From positions 7,843 to 71,842 of the forward strand of contig PMKN01000014.1 of NCBI GenBank assembly GCA_003158675.1: a stretch of DNA of 64,000 nucleotides. The letters run 5' to 3'. Below are positions 1-6,851 of the stretch, piece by piece. Numbering within the stretch: the stretch's first letter is position 1; the number at the start of each line of letters is the position of its first letter. The translations under genes and the position numbers were made by a program. Under the pieces are notes generated by a model that did not search any database, was not told the DNA's origin, and saw nothing but the letters and a program-made list of their open reading frames with translations. Origin of the DNA: Chloroflexota bacterium. GTDB lineage: Bacteria > Chloroflexota > Limnocylindria > Limnocylindrales > CSP1-4.

Positions 1-62
1 TCGACGACTACCACCTTGGTCGATTGAGTCGAGCAGTCGACGCCGGCGACCAGTCTCCTCAT
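1..62 (-). CDS. FGGY-family sugar kinase (xylulokinase-like), first 20 codons only; gene continues beyond the window start
   Basis: ATG at 60-62 on the minus strand, with AAGGGAGG 5 nt upstream. Hand translation MRRLVAGVDCSTQSTKVVVV resembles the N-terminal phosphate-binding motif of xylulokinases. Too short to be sure. Confidence 0.4.
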   Translation of the reverse strand, partial: MRRLVAGVDCSTQSTKVVVV

Positions 63-334
63 CTGTGCCTCCCTTGATCCCGCGACGGTTGGGTGGATCG
101 CTCGGACAGCTAGCGCCCCGCCCATCAGGATGCCATCCGACCGACCTCGGTCTCAATCCGTGGCTCCCCGGCCTGATGGTCGAACAGCCGCAACGAGCCG
201 GCGCGCATTCCGTGAAATCGTCTGCGCCGTATCCTACTTCATCAGTGCGGATTGACTTTCGGCCGCCCAAGCCCCTTGGGCGAGCGGCGCGGGCGGCGCG
301 GCCCTTGGGCTGGCGGGCCGATCGTCGACGCGAT

Positions 335-1414
335 TCAGGGCTCTACGATCACCTTGAGGCCGCGTCGCGCGGCGAGCGTCGCGAATGCCTCAGCGCCATC
401 GGCGATGGGGAAACGGTGGCTGATCAACGGCCCGAGCTTCACAGCCCCTGCCGCCGCCAGATCTGCGGCGTGGACGAGATCTCCCGGCAGCATTCGGCGG
501 CACATCGAGATCGTGAGGCCTTTGCGCCGCGCGGACGAGGCGTTGAACGAGGTGCGTTCGTCGGATGGGATGCCGACCAGCACGACGCGTCCGCCGGGGC
601 GTACCGTGGCGATGGCCGTGCCCACGGCGTCGTCGTTTCCACCCGTTTCGAAAGCCACGTCCACGCCGCGCCCGCCGGTGCGTTCCACGATCAGCTGCCG
701 CTCCCGGCCGTCGGGCGGGGTTTGAATTGCGTCGGTGGCGCCCGCGGCGCGCGCCGCTTCCACGCGGTGCGCCAACCGCTCTGTGGCGAAGATGGGCCCG
801 GCGCCCTGGGCGCGAAGGGCCTGGATCAGCAGCAGCCCGATTGGTCCGCAGCCGAAGACCCCGGCCGCTTGTCCCGGCCCGAGCTTGCCGAGATCGGCGG
901 CATGCAGTGCCACCCCCAGCGGCTCCAGCAGCGGTCCCTCGGCATCGGTCACGTTGTCGGGCAAGGTGACCAGGCATCGCTCCGGCCAGGCCAAGTAGGT
1001 CCGCAGAGCTCCGTCCGTCGATCCATGGCCGGCGAAGATGACCGACCGACACAGGTTCGGGGCGCCGGCGAAACACATGTCGCAGTGGCCGCAGGAGACC
1101 GCCGGATCGACTGCCACTCGCTCGCCCGCTCGCGGCCCCGATTCGATCCGTCCGGCGAACTCGTGGCCGAGCACAAGCGGCTGCGTCAGGAGCGCGTCGC
1201 CGATCGAGCCTTCGGAGAACCAGTGCATGTCCGAACCGCACAGACCCACTGCCGTGACCCGGATCAGCACCTCTCCTGCCCGGGGTTCGGGCATTGCCTC
1301 CTGAGACAGCCGGACCTCGCCCGGCCGCACCAGGCGGAGCGCGGTCACCGGCCGGTCCGAGCGATCGGTCGGCGAGGCGCTCCCTGCCGCGCCCTCGGCG
1401 AAGTCAGGTCTCAT
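335..1414 (-). CDS. Zn-dependent medium-chain alcohol/polyol dehydrogenase (sorbitol dehydrogenase-like)
   Basis: C-terminal 360 codons of track ORF 335..2263. Motifs GLCGSDMHW, GHEFAG, structural-zinc cluster CGHCDMCFAGAPNLC and Rossmann GCGPIGLL. The upstream 280 codons of that ORF are Arg/Ala/Ser junk. ATG 1414 is the chosen start; a later start is possible. Confidence 0.85.
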   Translation of the reverse strand: MRPDFAEGAAGSASPTDRSDRPVTALRLVRPGEVRLSQEAMPEPRAGEVLIRVTAVGLCGSDMHWFSEGSIGDALLTQPLVLGHEFAGRIESGPRAGERVAVDPAVSCGHCDMCFAGAPNLCRSVIFAGHGSTDGALRTYLAWPERCLVTLPDNVTDAEGPLLEPLGVALHAADLGKLGPGQAAGVFGCGPIGLLLIQALRAQGAGPIFATERLAHRVEAARAAGATDAIQTPPDGRERQLIVERTGGRGVDVAFETGGNDDAVGTAIATVRPGGRVVLVGIPSDERTSFNASSARRKGLTISMCRRMLPGDLVHAADLAAAGAVKLGPLISHRFPIADGAEAFATLAARRGLKVIVEP

Positions 1415-1751
1415 CGGCCGCGATCGGGCGCCGGTCCCGATGATTCTCGGACGACGACACCGGGCTCTGTGAAACGCCGCTCGAGTCGGCGATGTCCTAC
1501 ATGGTCGGTATACGTCTCGGACTCCTGGCGGCCATCGGCCTCGACCTACTCCTGCGCGACGAACTCGGCCGGTGCCCACCGAGCGGCTTGCAAGCCACGA
1601 TGCCGACGCCTCGACGGCCTGCTTTGACACTGGACGCGCAGCCGCCTGTAGGATACCGACTCCGGCGCGGCGCTTGCACCAAGGACGCGCCATTCGACTC
1701 TGGCGTCGTCGACGCGGACGGCTAGCCTGTCCGTGGAGGCATGCCCCGCAG

Positions 1752-2312
1752 ATGCAGCAACTCGCCCCGTCCGCTCGCAGGGAACTTCTCGATCTGGCCC
1801 GGGCCGCGGTCGAGGCGGCCGCCCGGCGAGGTCCCGATCCGGCGCTCGATCCGGCAGCCCTCACTCCGGAATTGCTCGCCCCGGGCGCCTCGTTCGTCAC
1901 TCTCCACGAGCGTGGGCAGTTGCGAGGTTGCATCGGGATGCTCCGATACGACCGGCCCCTCTGGATGAACGTCCGAGACTCCGCTATGGCCGCTGCCCGG
2001 GACGATCCGCGCTTCGAGCCTGTCGAGGCGTCGGAGCTGCCGGCCATCGAGATCGAGGTCTCGGTCCTGGAGCCCCCCGTGGCAGTGCCCGATGCCTCGC
2101 ACTTCGTAGCCGGGCGGCACGGCATCATCGTCGAGCGAGCCGGCTCCCGGGCCCTGCTCTTGCCGCAGGTTGCCACGGAGATGGGCTGGGGAGAAACCGA
2201 GATGCTGGAAGCGGTTTGCCGCAAGGCCGGCCTGCGACCCGACGCGTGGCGGGATCGAGGCACGCGCTTGTATGTCTTCGAGTCCGTTTGCTTCGGGAAC
2301 GAAGATCACTGA
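1752..2312 (+). CDS. AMMECR1 domain protein
   Basis: Frame of track ORF 1572..2312, starting at ATG 1752 (GGAGG 13 nt upstream). GASFVTLHERGQLRGCIGM..., RDDPRFEPV and GRHGIIVE...ALLLPQV are typical AMMECR1 blocks. About 186 aa, the usual length. Confidence 0.8.
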   Translation: MQQLAPSARRELLDLARAAVEAAARRGPDPALDPAALTPELLAPGASFVTLHERGQLRGCIGMLRYDRPLWMNVRDSAMAAARDDPRFEPVEASELPAIEIEVSVLEPPVAVPDASHFVAGRHGIIVERAGSRALLLPQVATEMGWGETEMLEAVCRKAGLRPDAWRDRGTRLYVFESVCFGNEDH

Positions 2313-2365
2313 CGGCTGGTGCGTCGGGTGAGGAGTTCAGACTCTCTTCAGGACGCGGCCGGAGG

Positions 2366-3622
2366 ATGACCTCCTTCGAGATGCCCGGAAGATGCGCGGC
2401 ATCCAACTGGGAGGTCCAGACCGTGTTCGCTTCGGGTCGCCGGCTCACGCGTGGCGTGAACCCTCTGTCGGTACTCTTGATGGCCGTGATCTTGGCCGTG
2501 GCTGCCTGCGCTTCGTCGATCGCGACAGCATCCGGCTCTCTGCTCGGTAACGCCAGCGGCGCCAATCCCACCACGCTGCCGGTCATCCTCCCGGCCGCCA
2601 CGGCCACGCCCGACCAGAGCGCGCCGGTTTCCGGGGCGACCTCTCCGACGGCGACCGCTCCGACGGCGACCTCTCCGACGGCGACCGCCCCGACGGCGCT
2701 GCCTGCGGCCGCGTCCGGCACGCAATCAGGCGGCGCCCTAGACCTTCAGGCGGCGATGGTCGCGGTCATCAAGAAGGTCACGCCTTCCGTGGTTGTCATC
2801 GAGACGGACGCGGGGCTCGGTTCGGGCGTGATCTACGACGCCGCCGGCAACATCGTCACCAACGCCCACGTGGTCGGGACATCGACGACATTCAAGGTGA
2901 CTCTCCCGAACGGCAAGTCATACCCGGGCACCCTCGTGGGGAGCTTCTCGGCGGATGACATCGCAGTGATCAAGATCTCGGCCCCGAACCTGACCCCCGC
3001 GGTCTTCGGCGACTCGAGCAAGCTGTCCGTGGGCGACTTCGTGCTGGCCATGGGCAACCCGCTCGGACTGCAGTCGAGCGTGACCGAAGGGATCGTCAGC
3101 GCTCTTGGCCGTCAGGTCTCGGAGCCGGCGGGAAATGCCCTGCCTGACGTGATCCAAACCAGCGCCGCGATCAACCCAGGCAACAGCGGCGGTGCTCTCG
3201 TGGACCTCAACGGTCAGGTCGTCGGCATCCCGACCTTGGCCGCAACCGATCCACAGCTTGGCGGCAGCGCTCCTGGCATCGGCTTCGCCATCTCGAGCAA
3301 CCGAGCTCGAACGATCGCCGACCAGCTGATCGCCAGCGGCAAGGTGACCAGCTCCGGCCGCGCCTACATGGGCGTCCAGGTGCTCGACTCCACCGCTGGC
3401 GTCACCGTCTACAAGGTGACGGCTGGCTCGCCCGCCGACAAGGCCGGGATCCAGGCCGGCGATCTGATCCTCTCGATCGATGGCCAGGCGATTCCGACCA
3501 CGGACTCCCTCTCGCAGGTCCTGATCACGCTCAAGCCCGGGGACGTGGCCAAGATCGAAGTCCAGCACCAGGACGGTACCAAGGCCACACTCAGCGTGAC
3601 GCTGGGCCAGCTGCCCGGCTAG
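2366..3622 (+). CDS. HtrA/DegP-family S1C serine protease with C-terminal PDZ domain, probable lipoprotein
   Basis: Frame of track ORF 1733..3622. Catalytic blocks TNAHVV, DIAVIK and GNSGGALV, plus a PDZ-like GVTVYKVTAGSPADKAGIQAGDLILSIDG. Start is ATG 2366, or more likely GTG 2423 (GGGAGG 8 nt upstream), which gives RRLTRGVNPLSVLLMAVILAVAAC with a lipobox. Confidence 0.9.
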   Translation: MTSFEMPGRCAASNWEVQTVFASGRRLTRGVNPLSVLLMAVILAVAACASSIATASGSLLGNASGANPTTLPVILPAATATPDQSAPVSGATSPTATAPTATSPTATAPTALPAAASGTQSGGALDLQAAMVAVIKKVTPSVVVIETDAGLGSGVIYDAAGNIVTNAHVVGTSTTFKVTLPNGKSYPGTLVGSFSADDIAVIKISAPNLTPAVFGDSSKLSVGDFVLAMGNPLGLQSSVTEGIVSALGRQVSEPAGNALPDVIQTSAAINPGNSGGALVDLNGQVVGIPTLAATDPQLGGSAPGIGFAISSNRARTIADQLIASGKVTSSGRAYMGVQVLDSTAGVTVYKVTAGSPADKAGIQAGDLILSIDGQAIPTTDSLSQVLITLKPGDVAKIEVQHQDGTKATLSVTLGQLPG

Positions 3623-3642
3623 CTTCCCGGCTTCCGCCGGCG

Positions 3643-4872
3643 TCAGCCGGCGTCGCCTGTCGGCAGCTCGAAACGTATGGCCGTGCCGCCGCCGGCGGGC
3701 CGCTCGGCGCGGATCGTGCCGCCGTGTGCCTCCACGAGGCGGCGCGCAATCGCCAGGCCCAGCCCCGAGCCGCGCGACTCCGCCGACCGGGCAAACCGGT
3801 CGAACAAATGCGGCACGACCGCGGGGTCGATGCCTGGGCCGGTATCGACGACCGACATCAAGACCCGGTTGGAGCCGCGCTCGGCCGCGATCAGGACCTC
3901 GCTGCCGGCGGGAGCGTATCGCAACGCGTTGGCCACGAGGTTGCCGAGCACCTGACGAACGCGTAGCGGATCGAGCTCGACAAGCGGAAGGTCGTCCGGC
4001 GCATCGACTCGCAGCCGAACGCGGGATTGAGCTGCCAACGATTCGAACGACGTCGCGACCTCCTGGGCCAGCACCGTGAGGTCGGTCGACTCGCGCTGGA
4101 GGACCAGCGTGCCGGCCTCGGCCAGAGCCAGGGTCCGCAGGTCCTCGACCAGTCCGGTGAGCATCTGGATCTCGTCGACCGCGGCCGCCAGATGAGCCTC
4201 GTCGGTTGGATGAACGCCGTCGATCATCGCCTCGAGCTCGCCCTGGAGTATCGCCAGCGGCGTTCGCAGTTCGTGACTGACGTCCGCGAGCAGGGTGCGG
4301 CGCTGCCGCTCGTCGACCTCCAGTCGGGCGGCCATGGAGTTGAACGACGTCATCAGCGTCCTCAATTCCCGCGGGCCGCGCCGATATTCCGGAACGCGGG
4401 CGGAGTAATCGCCCGCCTCGAGCCGCCCGGCCGCTTCTATCAGGTCGCCGAACGGAAGCGCGATTCGCCGGGCGCCCCGCGCAGTCCCGGCCACGATGGT
4501 GATCATGCCGACGATGAACGCGATCGCCAGCAAGGTGGACCCTGGGGTGGGCAGGCCGAGGGCGGCGAGCAGCTGCCCGACGACGATCAGCGGCCCGGCC
4601 ACGAACAGGGCAAGGAACAGGCCGACGCCTACCGCGAACCGGATGAAGAAGATGCGCCGCATACGGCGCCACGGGAACTCGCCCTGGGGCGGCCAGGGCT
4701 CGTCCGCGGGCCACCAGCCCGGTCTCTCGCGGTGTCCGTGACGGGTCCGCCGGTATCGCTCGTGGAAATAGTCCGGCCCTTCGTGGCGCGAGTGCCGGCG
4801 ATCGTGTTGCGGTTCGGTCGAGTCCGAGTGGTCTTGCCCGTCCTCGCGCGCTCCGTCCGCGGGACCGCTCAC
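3643..4872 (-). CDS. Sensor histidine kinase (HAMP-HisKA-HATPase, short extracytoplasmic loop) with His/Arg-rich N-terminal extension
   Basis: H-box LLADVSHELRTPLA, N/G boxes (NLVANALRYAP, DTGPGI, GSGLGLAI) and two closely spaced TM helices. The GTG start overlaps the regulator stop (GTGA at 4869-4872). Confidence 0.9.
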   Translation of the reverse strand: MSGPADGAREDGQDHSDSTEPQHDRRHSRHEGPDYFHERYRRTRHGHRERPGWWPADEPWPPQGEFPWRRMRRIFFIRFAVGVGLFLALFVAGPLIVVGQLLAALGLPTPGSTLLAIAFIVGMITIVAGTARGARRIALPFGDLIEAAGRLEAGDYSARVPEYRRGPRELRTLMTSFNSMAARLEVDERQRRTLLADVSHELRTPLAILQGELEAMIDGVHPTDEAHLAAAVDEIQMLTGLVEDLRTLALAEAGTLVLQRESTDLTVLAQEVATSFESLAAQSRVRLRVDAPDDLPLVELDPLRVRQVLGNLVANALRYAPAGSEVLIAAERGSNRVLMSVVDTGPGIDPAVVPHLFDRFARSAESRGSGLGLAIARRLVEAHGGTIRAERPAGGGTAIRFELPTGDAG

Positions 4873-5555
4873 TCCTGCTCCTCGGCGAAGCGATAGCCAA
4901 CGCCGTAGACAGTCTGGATGTAGCGCGGCCGGCTCGGATCAGGTTCGAGCTTGCGGCGCAGGTTCTTGACGTGGGCGTCGATGGCGCGCTCGTACGATTC
5001 GAAAGCGAGGCCGTGGACGGCGTCCAGGAGCTGCGACCGGGTGAAGATACGGCCCGGCTGGCGCGCCAGGGACACCAGCAGCTGGAATTCGGTGGGGGTC
5101 AGCTCGACCGATCTCCCTTCGAGCTCGACGCGCATACGGGCGATGTCGATCGAGACGCCGGCCGCCTCGATTCGATCGCTCGGCTCGATCTCGCGGTCCA
5201 CTCGGCGCAGGATCGCGCGAATGCGCGCCACCAATTCTCGCGGACTGAACGGCTTCGTCACGTAGTCGTCCGCCCCGATCTCCAGGCCGAGGACTCTGTC
5301 CAGTTCGTCGTCGCGGGCGGTGAGCATCACGATCGGCACGAAGGATTCGCGGCGCAGGGTGCGGGCCACGTCGAGGCCGTCCATTCCCGGCAGGCCCAGG
5401 TCCAGGACTACGATGTCCGGCTTGCGGGCGCGCGCCGCCCTCAGAGCCGAGGGACCGTCCGCCGCGGTGACCACGGCGAAGCCGGCATGCTCGAGATAGT
5501 CGCGAGCAAGGTCCACGATGCGCGGTTCGTCGTCGACGACCAGGACGGTTTTCAC
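4869..5555 (-). CDS. OmpR/PhoB-family response regulator
   Basis: Receiver motifs VLVVDDE, DIVVLDLGLPGMDG and DDYVTKPF. Winged-helix C-terminus LTPTEFQLL...IQTVYGVGYRF. Confidence 0.92.
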   Translation of the reverse strand: MKTVLVVDDEPRIVDLARDYLEHAGFAVVTAADGPSALRAARARKPDIVVLDLGLPGMDGLDVARTLRRESFVPIVMLTARDDELDRVLGLEIGADDYVTKPFSPRELVARIRAILRRVDREIEPSDRIEAAGVSIDIARMRVELEGRSVELTPTEFQLLVSLARQPGRIFTRSQLLDAVHGLAFESYERAIDAHVKNLRRKLEPDPSRPRYIQTVYGVGYRFAEEQE

Positions 5556-5637
5556 GGCTCGCTCATGCTACGGCCTGGCAGTGGCTCTGGGAGCGCGCAC
5601 GGTCACCAGCTTCTCGGGCACGAACGCCCGAAGCCCG

Positions 5638-6117
5638 TCATCGAGGCTCGGGTCCGGTCGTGCCGGGGCCGGACGGTTGAGGCCCGGCCTCGAACCCCGA
5701 AGTGCCTGAATCGGCCGTGGAGCCGTGGGCCTGGCGATGCCATTCGTCGAAGGCCGCCTGGCGGGCCGACCGCCAGGGCTCGCCGTGCCCGCGCCCGCCA
5801 TGCCGCGACCAGGCGTGGGTGCCGGGTCCGTCCGGGCTGCCCCAGCCGGGGCCGCCGTGGCCCCAGTCGTCGAACGAGTGCCGCCAGAACGCGAACCGAA
5901 CGATACGTAGGACCAGGATCAGGACGACGACCGTCACGACGAGGCCGATGACGCCCGAGGCGCCGTAGGCGCCGCCGTAGAGCCAGGGTGAAGTGGTCGT
6001 GCCGTTGGTGCCTGCTCCGGCCACGAAGCCTGCGCTGTATGCGCCTCCGGTCAATGCGGCGACGCCGCCGACCAGAAGCAGCACAGCCAACAGGCGAAAA
6101 CCGCCTCCGTGTCTCAT
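5638..6117 (-). CDS. Small membrane protein, two predicted TM helices, His/Trp/Gly-rich C-terminal tail; function unknown
   Basis: Track ORF 5638..6198 trimmed to ATG 6117 (MRHGGGFRLLAVLLLVGGVAAL...). A second hydrophobic helix is GVIGLVVTVVVLILVLRIV. Directly downstream of the RR/HK pair on the same strand. No family recognised. Confidence 0.45.
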   Translation of the reverse strand: MRHGGGFRLLAVLLLVGGVAALTGGAYSAGFVAGAGTNGTTTSPWLYGGAYGASGVIGLVVTVVVLILVLRIVRFAFWRHSFDDWGHGGPGWGSPDGPGTHAWSRHGGRGHGEPWRSARQAAFDEWHRQAHGSTADSGTSGFEAGPQPSGPGTTGPEPR

Positions 6118-6276
6118 CTCTTTCACCACGATGCGCCCCCGATTTGGCTTAGGTCGGCCGGGAGCGCCTGGCCAACCTCGATCCGAAGACTGACGCAAGG
6201 GTGTGAAGGCCCGGTGAATGTCGTCGGGAGGAGTGGTGAGCGATGCCGCCCGGACTCGGAGCGCCGAGCCCTCTTC

Positions 6277-6851
6277 TCAATCGAGCGGTCGGGCGACGGC
6301 CTGCTCGATCAGTGGGGCGATGAAGCGCGCATACACGTCGGGCCAGAGATGGGCGGCTCGGACGCGACGATCCAGTTCGGCGCCGATCTCGGGATTTCGC
6401 CCCAGCGCCTCGACGACCGCGCCGGCCGCGGCCGACGCATCGTCCGCCGGGTCGACGTAGACCGCGGCTTCGCCCGCGATTTCGCGCAGAGAATCGAGAT
6501 TCGAGCACACGATGGGCAGGCGATGAACCGCGGCCTCCAGGATCGGCAGCCCGAAACCTTCGTCCCAGCTGGTCAGCACGAGAACATTCGCCACCCGGTA
6601 CAGGTCGGCCAATGTCTCTTCGGGCGCCGCGCCGGCTCCGTTTCGGCGGCGAAGATGGCGGCTCCGTCGAGCCGCAAGTCCCGGCGCAGTCCCCTTTCTC
6701 GAGGGCGGTCGAATTCGCCGGCGAAGAAGAAGCACGCAACGCCCAGGCGCCCGAGGACCGTCGTCCATTTCGCGGTTTCCAGCGAGACGCCGTCCGTTCC
6801 GGCGAGCCGCGTGGCCACAACTCCCGCTCGCCGAGCCCCCAGGGCGGTCAC
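6277..6851 (-). pseudogene. Remnant of a GT4 (group 1) glycosyltransferase: frameshifted and internally deleted
   Basis: N-terminal GT4-like block VTALGARRAGVVATRLAGTDGVSLETAKWTTVLGRLGVACFFFAGEFDRP lies in the frame of track ORF 6573..6923. The C-terminal GT-B block LYRVANVLVLTSWDEGFGLPILEAAVHRLPIVCS lies in the frame of track ORF 6277..6768. The span is 575 nt, not a multiple of 3, and about half the length of a normal GT4. Confidence 0.6.

Noticed and set aside
265-281. Hairpin GCCCAAG-CCC-CTTGGGC after the first dehydrogenase
   Set aside because: A 7-bp stem with a 3-nt loop and no U-tract is too weak to call a terminator.
335-2263. 642-aa reading of the first dehydrogenase ORF
   Set aside because: Only the last 360 codons look like an MDR dehydrogenase. 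The upstream part overlaps the AMMECR1 gene on the other strand and is low-complexity.
2918-4900. 660-aa minus-strand ORF, one of the longest in the track
   Set aside because: It is antisense to the HtrA gene, then out of frame with the histidine kinase. Its translation is Arg/Pro/Gly/Ala-dominated with no motif. This is a typical GC-rich shadow ORF.
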